64,000 nt of DNA, taken from contig CP145415.1 of assembly GCA_036867785.1 (NCBI GenBank), positions 1,178,001-1,242,000 of the forward strand, given 5' to 3'. The position numbers and the translations under genes were made by a program. Below, piece after piece: positions 38,090-51,600 of this stretch. Each line of letters starts with the position of its first letter. The stretch's first letter is position 1. The notes beneath the pieces are model-generated. The model worked only from the letters and a program-made list of their open reading frames with translations. It had not been told where the DNA came from and searched no databases. The DNA comes from Plasmodiophora brassicae (lineage: Eukaryota).

Positions 38090-41000
38090 ATGACGTCCTA
38101 CCATCATCCGCATCACGCAGGCGGCTCCGGGACGCCGGTCACGGCCACGGTCCAGGACGTACTGGCCAGAGCGATGTCGCCGGACGGTGCTGTGCAGAAG
38201 GAAGCGGAGCGGACGATCCGGGTCGAGATCGACCGTAATCCCGGCGTCATGATCGGCGCCTTCATGCACTTGCTGGGCATGCCGACGACGCCGACGGAGA
38301 TTCGCGGATTCTGCTGTGTCCTGCTGCGCCGGAACCTGCCGATCGGTGAACCCATGGTCCTGAACAGGCTCAGCGAATCGCTGCAGGGCGAACTGAAATC
38401 CGAATTGCTGCGCCTGCTGGCCAGCGAAACCGCGCCCCATATCCGTAACCTGTTGTGTGATACCATCGCCGAATTGGCCCAGATCACGTTGTACCGTAAC
38501 GAGTGGCCTCAGTTGCTGCCCGCCCTGGAGCAGATGACATTGCAACCGCTGGACACATTGCGCGAAGCGGCCCTCAATGTTATTGGCAAGCTCGGCGATG
38601 CGCTGCCTGATGTCCAGAACGAGAACCTGGGGTCGCTTGTTGCGCTGTTCGCCAGAGGGTCCGTGGGCGCCCATCCCCCGTGCACAGTGAATCGATCGAC
38701 GACTGATCACGTGTGGGTAGGCTTGGGGATCCGTCGCTGGCCGTCCGCAATGCCGCCCTGAACGCCGTCAGTTCAACGTTTTCGCACGTTGACGAGACGC
38801 AGATCAAGAAGTTTACCGGATTACGCGTGGCAGTGCTAACCGTGGTCCGGGACAACCTCGTTGCCAGGGGGGACTCGGCGAGTGTGGCCGTCTCGTCGCT
38901 GGTCGCAATGGCGACCAGGTCGTCGGCGTTCTTTCGCGATGACCTTCAGGCGGTTGTGCATCTGATATCGCAAGTCACCGGTGATCTGGAGAATTTCGAG
39001 GAAGACGTGAAGCAGCTGTCGCTGGAACTCGGCGTGACCATCATTGAGGGTAACATTGCGGGTGCGTTGTCGTCGTTTGTTCGCGCCGTGAACCATCGAA
39101 CTGGTAGGTATCCCGAATGCTGCCCGCAGATGTGCGCCGTTGCTCGAGGTCGTCCTCTCGTTGGCGCTTTCGCTTATGGTTGCGTTCGACGAGGAAGAGG
39201 ATACATGGCAGCACCCGGCGAAAGCATGGGAAGCCAGTGAGGATGCCGGATTTGGAGCGGTATGCACAACGCCCGCGTTCTGCAATGTAACGCGCCGGCG
39301 TTGACCGACTTCGGGCAGGGCGAGTCCGCTTTCGATCGGGTTGCTCGTAGCGTTGGTGGCAAGAAAGTCACCCCCGTTGTCTTCAATCTCGTCAGCGCCG
39401 CGCTCAACGCTCAGGCGTCGTGGAAGTCGCGGTTTTCAGGCCTGATGGCCCTAACTCAGGTGCGCTTGATCGTCATGAACGTGTGTCGGCCGGCTACTGA
39501 ACGCCGTCGTGGCTGCCAGGCCTGTGAAGTCATTTCGCCACAGAAGCTGCCGGACATGGTCTCCCTGGTTCTGCGATGCTTCACCGACGAATCGGCATTT
39601 GTTCAGTTCTCGGCAATCAACTGCATCGGCCAGATGTGTACCGATTTCGGCCCCAAGATTCAGGTCAGCGACCAGGTGTCGTCGTAACAGCCGCGCGCTT
39701 ACATCCGTGCCCGACAGACTGATTTCCACCTGCACATCCTTCCGGCGCTCTTGAGCTGCATGGACGAGAGCCGTCACCCGCGTGTTCAGGCCCACGCAGC
39801 CGTATGGCTCTGCTTGACGTCGTCGTGCAGCGCCCGCAGTCTCATGTGGCTGTCTGACCAGGCCGCCGTCATCAACTTTGCCGAACACTGTTCGTCGGAA
39901 ATCCTGCAGCAACATGCCGACGCGCTCGTGTCGAAGTTGTACAACCTGCTACGTCGGCCGCAGCGCATCATTCAGGAGCAGGTCCGTCATTCAGCGGCAC
40001 GCCGTTTGTACCTAACGAATGGCCGTCAGGCAATGACCGCGATCGCGTCTGTGGCCGAATGCATATCCGTATCGTTCGCCAAATTCTACGAGCACTTCGT
40101 CCCTCTCCTTAAATACGCCATCGCGAATGCGCATGGTCAGGAACGACAGTCTGGATCGGTTTCGCCAGGCTGATTCGCACCACAGGACCCGACAATGCCA
40201 TGTTCCGCGGACGGGCGCTGGAGTGCATAACGTTCATTGGCATGGCTGTCGGGAACGACAGGTTTGCCCCGGACGCGCGGGAGGTGATGGAGGCCACTGT
40301 CAAGATCGTTCAGGTGGGCCCCTCATCAGTACCCCTGTTCGTTGCAGAGTTGAACCGCGTTGTCAGGCTGGCGGATTTGCCTCCGACGATCCGTCGTACT
40401 CGTACATGGTCCAAGCATGGACCCGAATCTGCACGGCGCTGGGCTCTTCGTTCGCGCCGTACCTCTCGGTAACGGTCCCAACCGTTCTACGAAGTGCACA
40501 GCTGCAGTGTGTACTGGGTTCGGTTGACGTTCGACGCGTCAATTGCATGCGTTGTGATGCGGGCGCAAACAGGCCGAATCGATGATGACGAAGACGAAAC
40601 CGACGACAAGCAGATCTTCGAGATCGGCAATGAACAGTACGGCATCAGCACGAATCAGCTTGAAGAGAAGTCTTTGGGATGCAGCGCCTTGGGCTCTTTC
40701 GTCGCGACGATGAAGCAGGTCTGTAGAGCGCAGGTGCGTTCGGTTTCCCTTGATTCATTCGTCGCGCGCCCAGGAGTTCTACCCGTACCTGAAACCGTGC
40801 GTCGAAACGCTGGTTCCTCTCCTCAAGTTTGATTTCGAGGAGAACATCCGACAGTACGTTGGGATCATGCATTGCAACTGGTTGGCGCTGACGCTCTGGC
40901 AGGGCTGCGTCTACAGCGCTGCCTGACCTGCTGTACTGTGCCATTGCGGCGCACAAGGCGGGCATGTGCGACATGGGGCCCGCTCAAGAGCTGGCAGCAC

Positions 41001-42431
41001 TGACCGTGAAATCGCTCCTGGAAGGACTGGCCAGAGAAGAGGACATTCTCGTCTTGGCTGGTTTTGTGCACGCCATTCAGGTGCTGGGCCTCACGTCCCG
41101 TGTTGCAGTGGAGACCTTGGCTGATGCGCGCTGCCATAGCTGTGCTTTGACAAGGCGGCAGAGTTGGCGGCCACCCTTTTCCCGATGGATGTCGTCAAGG
41201 CCGTTCGCGATCGCCTGATCAAGCTAATCGAGCAGTCCGAAGGCAGGGCACGCGCGGCGTACGTTGTCGCCCCCCTCGGTGATGCGTCTCCATCGGCCTG
41301 GCACTGAGACGCGTGTGCACTCTAGCGCGGCTCGACGAGCGAACCACGGCGACGCCTACTCGGACGACGAGGACGAGGAAGAACGGAGGGCATCCGAAAA
41401 GGAGGCTGACGAGCAGTTGCAGGTGCCATGGTCGTCGGCAACGACCGTGCGTTCCAGTGTGTGCTGACCGCCCGTGCAGTACATGCTGGCCGAGTGCTTC
41501 GGCTCCATGATCAAGGCGCTCGGCGCGCACTTCCTGCCCGTGTTCAACGAGTCGCTGCCGGTGCTGGTGCAGATGCTGGAGCCGCAGAGCGGGCCCGTTC
41601 CGCGGAAGATGGCCATCTTCATATTCGACGACTTTGTCGAGGCATGCGACGTGTCCGTCGTTTGGCCCGGCCCGCCCGTCTGCTGACACACGCGAACCGT
41701 TCCTGCAGAAGATGGCGGCGCAGGCGGGCCCGTACCTGCCGACGCTGTTCCCGATGGTGGCCCGGTACGTCAGCGATCGCGATTCCGACATCCGCCAGGC
41801 GGTCGCGTACGGGATCGCGCTGTGCGCCCAGCTGGCCGGCGACGGTTTCAAACCGTTCTGCGCCGCCGCGACACAGTCGCTGATCGCCCTGATCCAGGAC
41901 CCGCAGGCCAGGCAAGCCGGTCTGTCGATGCGCGTGTCTCGTTTCTGTGTGTCCATCGTGGTCGCGACTCATTCCGGACGTGTCCCCCCCTAGCGAATCG
42001 CCGCGCGACCGACAACGCGGTGGCGGCGCTCGGCAAGATCCTCCGCTACCAGGGCGATCAGGTCGACGCGGCACAGCTGCTACCCGCCTGGCTGTCCATG
42101 CTGCCGCTGCGCGATGACGTTCTCGAATCCGCCGTCTGCACGTCGTTGCTGTGCGACTTTGTCGAAGGGTACGCGCCGACACCTCGTCGGACGGGGGCCC
42201 CGCTGATCTCGTGGTCGGCGCCGCAGGAACGACACCCGGCTGCTGGGCGCCGACTTCGGCAACCTGCCCAAGATCGTGCACGTCCTGCTGGACGTCGTCC
42301 ACACGAAGCTGACGAACCCCGAGCTGGACGCCCGCATCGTCCCCATCATCAAGCAGCTGCCGCCGGGGCTCATGGCGCAGATCGTCGTCGGCCTACCCGA
42401 CAAGTTGCAGAGCAAGGCGGCCGCCATATGA
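38090..42431 (+). CDS. IPO5: Importin-5 (karyopherin beta-3/Pse1)
   Basis: HEAT repeats with RVQAHAAAAVINFAE, FRGRALECITFIGMAVG, SYMVQAWTRIC..LG..F.PYL, RQAVAYG, ATDNAVAALGKI, WLSMLPL..D. Many introns. Confidence 0.92.
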
Positions 42432-42537
42432 CCGGCCCCGCTGCCCCATCCATCTACAATGTCCTTCCAATACATGTCGCAACGCGAACACACACACACA
42501 CACACACGCATCCACCCGGCTGGCGCCCGCCTGCGCT

Positions 42538-45309
42538 TTACGATCCCGCGGGTCCAGCGCCGCCTGCCTCGTCGTGCCGCGCCCTTCGGTACGTCAGCGT
42601 GAACGGCCCGCGTTTGCTGGTCCAGGCGAAGGTTCGCGCCGTCCGCAACGACATGGTCGCCGGCAGGACGCGCCCTTCGCAGAGGATCTCGACGACCCGC
42701 TCCGGGTGGTCCGGGTCGGCGCCGCCGCCGACGTACGCGTCCAGGGACGGGTCGTCCACGACCCCGGCCAGGCGCGTGACGAGGTACGCCGCCAGGCGCC
42801 GCATCGTCAGCGAGTCCTCCGCCTTCATGGCGCTCCCGTCGGGCAGGTCGGGCAACGCGTCCGACGGGTCGGGCCCGATGTCGAACCGCGTCTCGGACGG
42901 GCGCACGGCCGGCAACGATCCCTGTACGGCGCCGCCCCCGTCGTCATCGCGCGAACGACCACCCCGTTGTGTGTGTGTGTGTGTGCTTACATCGACGACC
43001 CAGGCGCGGACCCAGGGCGGCAGGATCGCGTCGTACTGGTCGCGGTCGTACAGGTTCAGGACGCGGAACAGGGCGGCGTTGCCGTGCACGACCTGCTGCG
43101 ACACGATCAGGCAGGGCAGATCGGGGCCTGCGTCGTCGCCGTCCGCCTGATCACAGCAAGCGCGATGGTCAGTGGCCCCCCTCCTCACCGCCCACGCCCC
43201 GATCGCCACAGCATCGTACGTGGCGCTTCGGGCTCTGCAACGGCTGATGCGGATCGGGCCCAGGCAGAAGGTCGCTCAAGTCGTCGTCGTTGGGCGCGGC
43301 GCTGTCCCACCCGAACCAGCGCGGGCGCTGCCGGGGCGGGTGCGGCGATCGGGACACGCGAATCCCATCGGCGCCGACGTCGTCGTCCGGCCCCGGCGCC
43401 TGCGGGCCGGCCGGCGACCTTGCCAGCGCGTTCCTGAGCGCCATGGCGCCCAGGTTGACCTTGACCAACCCGTACCGGACCTGGTCCGCCTCCGTCTGCT
43501 CGTTCGGCTGTCGCAGAACGGGCGCTGAACATACACACAGGGGTCGGGCGGAGCGGGCGCGCGCGCGTACCTCGACCCAGGCCTCGGCCGCGAACGCCGC
43601 CGAGCGGCTCAGGACGATGCCGAGGGCGCCCAGGTGCAGGTCGATGGTGAACCAGCTCGGCAGGGAGACGTCGGCGTCGAGCCGGGCGACCAGGTCGCTG
43701 ATTTGCGTGCCCTTCGGGAACGTCGACACCCGGCGCTGCTCGACGACGTTCCACAGGGTGATGACGCCGACCCGGTCCCGGGCGAGGACCCGGCGCCCGT
43801 CGTTCAGGGCGTGCGCGGCGACGACCGGCGCCCGGCCCGCCACGTCTCGCGTCGTCCGCCGACAGGGCGGGCAGGCCACGACGCCGCCGTCGTCGTCGTC
43901 GCCGTTGGTGTTGTTGTCGTGCCGCCCGGATGGTTCGTCCCGGAGGAACCCGGCGGGCAGGCGGTCCGGGCGCCCTTCCAGCGCCGACACGTCCAGGCAG
44001 GTCACGATGGCGTCGTTCGTCGCCAGGAACAGGCCCTGGCCGGTGCCGTCCAGCCTCAGGCAGTTGACGTGGACGCCGTCGGCGGCGGTGGCCACCAGCG
44101 ACGTCTGTCGCCGGTCCAGGTTGATGCAGGCGACGTGCTGGCTGCGCCCGGCGGCGTACACCCGGCTCCAGGTGTCATCAACGGCCACTGTGGTGCGCGA
44201 CGACACGCGCATATTAGGGCGCCCGCCCATATAGACGCAGACAGGCGGACAGGCCTACGCGTCCAGACGGCGTCCTGCACCAGCGGCGTGTGCATGTCGA
44301 CGCAGCGCTGCTGGCCGAGGTCCCACCGGCGCACCGTGTGGTCGCTGCTGCCCGACACGGCCGCCGTCGCCGACGCGTTCAGGCGCACGTCGCGCACGTT
44401 GAGCGTGTGGCCCGGCAGGCGCATGACCAGGCGGCCCATCCTCGGGTCCCACACGCGTACGAACTGACGCGCGCGCCACACAGCGTCATTGGCGACATCC
44501 ACAGGTCCCGTCAGGCACCCCGTCGTACCTTGTCGGACGAGCCGGACACGATGGCGCGCGCGCCCGGGTCGACGTCGACGGCGTAGAACGAGGTGCAGTG
44601 CTCGCCGGCGCCTACGACAACACGTGGCGTTGGGACCGGCGCACGCCCTGACCGTTGGCGCGCGCACGGCACGACACGAACCGTCGTCGGTGAAGGCGCG
44701 GGTCGGGGCGCGCATGTCCTGCAGGTCCCACAGGTACAGCTGGTTGTCCAGGCCGGCGCTGACGGCGACGTTCGCGTCGCGGGCGACCCCGATGCTCTCG
44801 ACGTAGTCGGCGTGGAACCGGGCCGTCGTCAGGCAGCGGCCCGAGGCGCGCTCCCAGACGCGTACGCTCCTGTCGCACGAGGCGGACAGCACTGCCGCCC
44901 GGCAGGCCCATCTATCAGTCGGGGGCGGGGGCGCGCACGACAACGGGTCGGTGCGGCTTACGTCGATCGCCAACGGCGACGAGGCCGGTGACCCAGTCGG
45001 TGTGGGCGCGGTACGTCGCATCGCACTGGAACGCGCGCCCGACGGCCCGCCCGTCGTCGTCGTACGTCTCAGTGACGACCCACTGCTTGATGGTGGCGTC
45101 GCGCGACCCGGTGAACACGACGTCGGCGTCGTCGGCGACGATGGCCATCGACTGGACAGCGGCGCCGTGCGGCGCCTGCTCATCGAGGTCCACGCCCAGG
45201 TACATCTGTGGTGCGCCGTCCGTCAGCGTCGATCTGGCGTGTTGCCGGCGCCAGGGTCGCTTACGCGAAGCTGACATCGATTGGCGATGTCGCCGCTGGT
45301 GTCGCCCAT
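42538..45309 (-). CDS. WDR48: WD repeat protein 48 (UAF1, USP1/12/46 cofactor)
   Basis: HTDWV, HADYV, GHTLNVR, SGSSDHTVRRWDLGQQRC, LPSWFTIDL..G.L, and C-terminal VEILCEGRVLP..MSLRT.RTFAW...LTYRR (DUF3337-like). Confidence 0.9.
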
Positions 45310-45600
45310 GGCACCCGGCAGCCCGTTTCCCGCGCGCCGTCGTCAGTATGTACGCCGGTACGGGTGACCTCGATCGTCCCCTGGTTGTGGACAACAGAAG
45401 GGCACATGCAGTCCCAGCGTTCGTCAGCGAGTAGAAAGAATCTCCAGAGGGGCAGTCCTCTGGGGCGGTGCGACAGGCGCGCGCCTCCGGTTCGACACGG
45501 GCGCTGTCGTGACGGATGGGATGTCTGAATGTATCAATGCAGGCGTAGCACAGCGGGGGCAAGCGACGCAAGCCTGTCAGCAGCGGCAACGTGTGCCCGA

Positions 45601-48054
45601 TCACTTCTTCTTTCGTCGGGACGCCGCGGCCGCCTTGTCGTCCTCGTCGTCATCGCCAATGTAGAAATAGGTGCCGTTCGCCTTCTGCTGCGTGTCCTTG
45701 ACCGAGTTGAGCTTGTTGATCCGGGGGCGGTAGTTGGTCGGGTCGCGGCGGAACGTGATCTGAAGGTCCTTCAGGAACTCGTTCATCCCGGTCAGCAGCG
45801 TCTGCGGCGACTGGGCCGTGCATTTCTCTGTACCGAACAGCAGCAGCAGCAGCACACGCGTTAAAATCTCCATGCACGCACGAGCAAGCAGGCGTTACCT
45901 CCCGGTGCGCCCTTGTACACAACGACGCGATCGGCCAAGTACGTGGCCATGATGAAGTCGTGCTCGACGATGAACGCCGTTCGCTTCGAGCTCAGGATGA
46001 AGCGCTTGATGACCTTGCCGGCAATGACACGCTGCTCGGAGTCGAGGTACGCGGACGGCTCATCGATCAGGTAGATGTTCGCCGGTTGGCCCAGGCAGAG
46101 CACTATGGCGACGCGCTGCCCAGAGGATGGTCAGACGGCCAGTCAAAGAACAGCATCACAGAAGAGGGGCGCGCTGACCTGAAGTTCACCACCCGACAGA
46201 TGCTGTACGGCCTGATCCATGAGGTCATCGATGTTCAACGGCTTCATGACCTCGGCAACGAACTGCGGGTGTTGGTACATCCCACGAATGCTACCGCGCG
46301 AGTCAGGTGCACTGTTCACCAACCGGTACGCGTGCAGGACGAACCGTTTGTGAAGGAGGTTGCGAACGGTGCCGTCGAACTTGGGCGATATCTTCTGCGG
46401 CTTGTACGATACGGACAGTTTGGGCAACTCCAGGTCGTTGTCCGGCTTCATAGTGCCGGCAAGCATTCGAATGAATGTCGTCTTGCCCGTACCGTTCTGC
46501 CCGAGCATGACAATGATCTACGACGGAGTCAGAGTCCGATCCCACCGATCAAGCGCGTTGGCCGGTGGCGCACCTCAGATTCACCAAACGACCCTCGCTC
46601 GATCGTCAGCTGGAATGCGCCGTCGAACGTTTTCGTCATCTGCGGGTACGTGTACTGGGCGACATGTGCCGTCTTGGACGCCTCCTCCTCGAACGCGTCT
46701 GTCACCTTGAACGACAGAGACTCTTCCCGGAAACGCATGTTCTCCGTCGGCACATAACCGGCCAGGAACACGTTGATGCCTGCGGTCGACCGTTCCAGTT
46801 AGAACGGCAGGACACAGAAGTTGTCGACGGTGCCGACCTTCGCGCACCGAGAAAGGCATTGTTACAACGCCATACACACCGGGCTTCCCGTACAGGCAGC
46901 ACACATAGTCGGACAAATAGTCCAGGACTGACAGGTCGTGCTCGACGACAACCTGAACAAATGCTTCATAAGCAGGCAGACGATTGATGCCCCAGTGACG
47001 ATCACGCGTACAACGTAATTGTTCGCCTGTAGCAGCGACCTGATGACCTGCGACGCCTTTAGCCGCTGCTTGATATCAAGGTAGGACGATGGCTCATCGA
47101 ACATATAAACGTCAGCTAGGCACGAGACCATCAGAGATCAGGGGGAGCGAGAGCACAGCCATTCGGTTACCTTTCTGGGTGCAAGTGGCAGCAATAGCGA
47201 AGCGCTGCAACTCCCCACCAGACAGATGCTGAATGTCACGATCGAGAAGCTTCCGAAGGTCGAGATCGTCGATGAGCGACTCCAGACGGTCCGTCTCGTT
47301 CCGCTACAGTGCCAGCGTCATCATTGCGCAGCGGCACCCATGGACAGGCGCAACGGTACCTTCGAGAGGATCTCCTTGACGTTGCCCTTGACGGCTCTGG
47401 GAATATGGTCGACGTACTGCGGCTTGATCATGGCCTTGATGTTGTCCTCGAGGACCTTGGTGAAGTAATTCTGCAGTTCGCTGCCGCGGAAGTACAGGAG
47501 AACGTCGGACCAGTCCGGAGGGTTCTCGAAATTGCCCAGGTTGGGCTTCAACTTCCCGGCCAGAACCTGAACCAGCAATGCATTCGATGGCGGATCCAAC
47601 GCGTCAATCACGATGGTTACCTTCAGAGCCGTGGACTTCCCGATACCGTTCGTCCCGACGAGCCCAAGGACCTCGCCTGGCCTAGGCATCGGCAGTCGGT
47701 GCAACTTGAACGAGTTTGGCCCGAACCGGTGGGTTGTCTGGCCCTCGAGGTTCTTCGGCAAGTTAATGATCGTGATCGCGTTGAACGGGCATTTCTTCAC
47801 ACAGATACTGCAACCGATACACAGGTCTTCCGAGATCCAGGCGATGGTCGACGTCGGCGCGACTTCAATGCAAAGTTTCCCTGTCCGGCAACCGTGAGCG
47901 GGCCTGCGCGGTGGATCGGGGACCAGTTGTTACCCATGCGAACGACGGGGCACGACTTCTTGCATTCCTGCCTGCACTTCTTCGGTTTGCATTTATCAGC
48001 ATCAACGATGGCGACCCGGATGTGGGTCTCGTTCTTGGCCGTGCGCGACGACAT
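45601..48054 (-). CDS. ABCE1: ABCE1/RLI1 ribosome recycling ATPase
   Basis: Fe-S domain [32 protein letters not shown] (twice), [33 protein letters not shown]. Confidence 0.98.
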
Positions 48055-48520
48055 CAGGCCGGTCAGGCTCCCTCGCGCCGCTAGCGATTCGGCTTCGGGG
48101 TGCGCGGCGGACTCCGTTGCGGACTACCTACCTACAATAGGTATACCTCCTTCCTACCTATGTACTACTACGTCGCCCGCTTGGATACACCATTGACTGA
48201 CTGCCCGGGCGTCGGCAGGCAGCGATTCAGACGTGAAGCCTCGTGGCGCTCTGTCAGATATAGTTCGGCATGGTCGTGATCGTATAAAGAACGGTGAGGC
48301 CGAAAGCATCGATGCTGAATCCTGAGACGCCGCGGCGGCTTCAAGAACATGATGGATCGCATTGTAGACAGGGATGCCACCCTCTGACATAGTGGCGGAC
48401 CGGTCTACAGCATTCGCATTGATAGGACATGCGTGTGTCTAGCTGAGGGCGCTAACCGACGCTGCCGGGCGCATCGATGAATAGCATCCGTATCAAACCT
48501 GTCGAGGCAAACGTTTTGCC

Positions 48521-49170
48521 ATGATGACCAAGCTGCTGCTGGTCATTCCCGTCGGCACGGTCAAACAATGCGAATGCGACCTCAGGTTCGGACACTTCAG
48601 CCTCACATAGTGCAGGGCGCCGATCGTGACGTCAAGTTCGCTTCGCCTAATAACGTCCGTATCGAAGCGAGGATGCCGGGACGACGTAAGTGCAAGATCG
48701 GCTCATTGGTGGTGGGGTCACAGAGGATGTGATGCGCACAATGCTCTGTTTGTGGATGAGATCCCGCCAAACGCTACTGTATCGTATCGTCATCCAGCAA
48801 GACCCATGACTAGCAACGATGCTGATGTGGCTGCTCGAGCTCAGCACGTACGGGTTCGAACTCCAGATGGTTTTCAAACGTCGAGCAAACCCCGATCTAC
48901 CCGGCAACCCAGTCGGTACACCATCAACTGGGCTGACCCAGCATCCTCAACCATATCGCGGGGCGAGGCCGACCAGGTCTGTTGGAGTGCTGGAGACTTT
49001 TGACGATCACGACCCCGGCAAACGGTTCGTTGCCCTGCCCAAGATTTCGTCCAGCGCTGTACGGAGAAGTACATGTGCGCACAGCTGTCGGGACGGGACA
49101 GGTCCGACCCGCCCAACTGCGAAGCCGCACTGCAGCACGTCGAAAACGCCGCGTCCGCAGCGTCGCCATG
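48521..49170 (+). CDS. Possible small hypothetical protein
   Basis: ATG with a short hydrophobic stretch (MMTKLLLVIPV) can splice into ORF 48626-49003. No homology recognised and the structure is uncertain. Confidence 0.25.
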
Positions 49171-49505
49171 ACGGCGTCGCCCCCCGCACGGCGTTCGATG
49201 GGCTCCCTGTACGGTCTATTCACCCTCGACCAGCAGCGCGCCCCCGTCCACGTCCCGCGTCGCATATCGCTATTGGCTTTCCGTCTGAGGGGCAGTGTCC
49301 GGGAGCGCCAGCCAACCCGGGATTCGCAGCGTGAATCGCAGTGTTGGGCGTGCTAGGCGCCGGTCCCGATCCCGAGTCGAGACCCGCGACCCATCGTATG
49401 TTCCCAGTGCCTACGGGCAACATTGTCGCCGAATTCTACCCGCGCCAGTGGATCTTCCGCGCGGAAGCAGGCTGGTCCTGACATCGGTTCAACGTGCACT
49501 GAATC

Positions 49506-50931
49506 ATGATTGACATCACTTCCCCTGCTCCGTCTGCCCTCCCCGTAGTCGCCGTTATTAAGGAGGGCGACACCCAGGACATCGCTGGCCTGACATCCGC
49601 GATGACGGTACCGGGCGCCATGCGAGACTATGTCGAGAACAGTAACAGCGGTGACAATGCGTTCTTCGTATGCGACCTCGCGCACCTCGCCAGTCAGCAC
49701 GCCTTATGGCGGAAGCTTCTGCCTCGCGTCGAACCATTCTATGGTGATCATTGCAGCCTATTGTTATCATCGCAAGGCGTTCTGAATGTCTGCCATGCAG
49801 CTGTGAAATGCAACCCGAACCGTGCCGTCCTGTCCACGTTGGAACGCCTAGGCCTGGGGTTCGACTGCGCCAGCCAGCAGGAGATCGAGACCGTGCTGGA
49901 CATGGGCGTCGATCCTTCGCGTATCATCTTCGCCAACCCGTGCAAGCAGGGCACGCATTTGCAGTTCGCCGCTGACCGCAACGTGCGCCTCATGACGTTC
50001 GATAACGCCGACGAACTCGACAAGGTCCGTCGCCTGTATCCACACGCCGACCTCGTCCTGCGTATTCGCATCGATGACTCCAAGTCGCTGTGCCGCCTTG
50101 GCCTCAAATTCGGTGCCGATCCTATCGAAGCGCCTGCGCTGCTGGCGCTGGCACGATTCCTTAACTTGAACGTCGTCGGCGTGTCGTTCCACGTTGGAAG
50201 CGGCTGCTATGACGCGTACGCGTTCACCGCTGCGGTTCGTGTTGCCCATGGCGTGTTTCAGATGGGCGAATCGTTCGGCTTCAGTTTCACGCTGCTGGAC
50301 ATTGGTGGCGGGTTCCCTGGATCGCCTGCCGCGCCCATTAGTTTCGAGGACGTCTGCGCAACGTTGGCGCCAACCATTGACGAGCTGTTCCCGCGACATG
50401 TTCGAGTGATCGCCGAGCCCGGGCGCTTTTACGTCTGTGCCGCGTTCACGCTCGCCGTCAACATCATTGCTCGTCGTACCATTCCAGCGCCGGTGCGCTC
50501 GAAAGGCACTGGGGGTGAGGGGCGCCTCACCTCCGAGAAGGCGTTCATGTACTACGTCAATGACGGCGTGTACGGGAGTTTCAACAACCTGATCTACGAC
50601 CATGCCGCGGTCGCGCCTCGCGTGCTGACGCGATCTGGCGTGTTCCAGCCGGAGGGTGAGAGTGCCGAATGCGTCCCGTCATCGCCCTGCAGCGTCTGGG
50701 GACCAACCTGCGACTCCATCGACTGCGTCAACACTGAGGTTCAACTGCCTGAACTTGACGTCGGCGACTGGCTATACTACGACGACATGGGCGCCTACAC
50801 CATGTGCGCCGCATCGGAATTGTAAGTCGGCCCGGCTCGCCGGGTGAAATCCGTCCATGGCTGAGAACCTGTTTGTCGGCAGCAACGGCTTCAAGAAGAC
50901 CAGGGTGATCTTTGCGAACATGGTCAACTGA
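49506..50931 (+). CDS. ODC: Ornithine decarboxylase
   Basis: PFYAVKCN (PLP Lys, split by an intron), GFDCAS, FANPCK, SFHVGSG, LDIGGGFPG, IAEPGR, WGPTCDSID, MGAYT..ASEFNGF. Confidence 0.97.
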
Positions 50932-51600
50932 CCGGCGGGTTTGCCCCGGCTTTCTCAAGTCAAATACAGCGACAGGGTGCGCCGTGAATTGTAGGCGTAC
51001 CGATGAATGTCGCCCGGTATCGTCGTATCACGATCCGACGGGTCACGGTCACTCATGAGTCGTCGCGTTGTAGTCCCTGACAGGCCAGTCACGACTGGTT
51101 CCGATCAGGTCCGCGTCGATTGCAGGCCGGTCCACGTCCACCCACGTGGTGGCCCGCGTCCTCGAGACGTGGCGTCACCCAGGCCGACGATGACAGCGCC
51201 GAGTGGAACAAGCTATGTAGTCCCGTGTAACGTCCGGGGAGCAACCGGCAACACTACGGATGATCACGTGGACGCTGATGATCGTCGGCCACGATCTGCG
51301 CGTCGGCATCTAGCACAATCGCGAATTCGCTGGCAGCAGCCGGTCCAGCCCGGCGAACACGACGCGTCGCCACACATGGCCGGCCGATGATCATCACGAG
51401 GTGGTATGCCCAATACTATACTGAATACCTACCCTGTCCGCACATTGCGCAGTGTCTGCAGCGCGCTGCCGCCGGCCCCACTGACGCTTCCCCCGGCGCC
51501 GTTCCACCAAAATTCGTGGACGAAGCGGGCAGGTCGGGAGGCCGGGCCGGGCCGGGCCAGGGGCCATCAGCACGCGACACTGTCTAGGAAGGGAGGGTCG

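Noticed and set aside
42489-42984. (CA)n and (GT)n microsatellites (also near 32885)
   Set aside because: Short simple repeats in introns or intergenic DNA with no further structure.
48807-48813. TGA-CTAG stop-codon readthrough context
   Set aside because: No evidence that this frame is coding; a 7-mer match is expected by chance.
48673-49003. Possible ODC antizyme next to ODC: short ORF ending ATG-TGA-TGC, with the +1 frame reading DAHNALFVDEIP
   Set aside because: The shift site is not a recognised antizyme context, and the downstream frame lacks the antizyme core (K..LLE.AE, F..LGF). An ODC_AZ HMM search would settle it.
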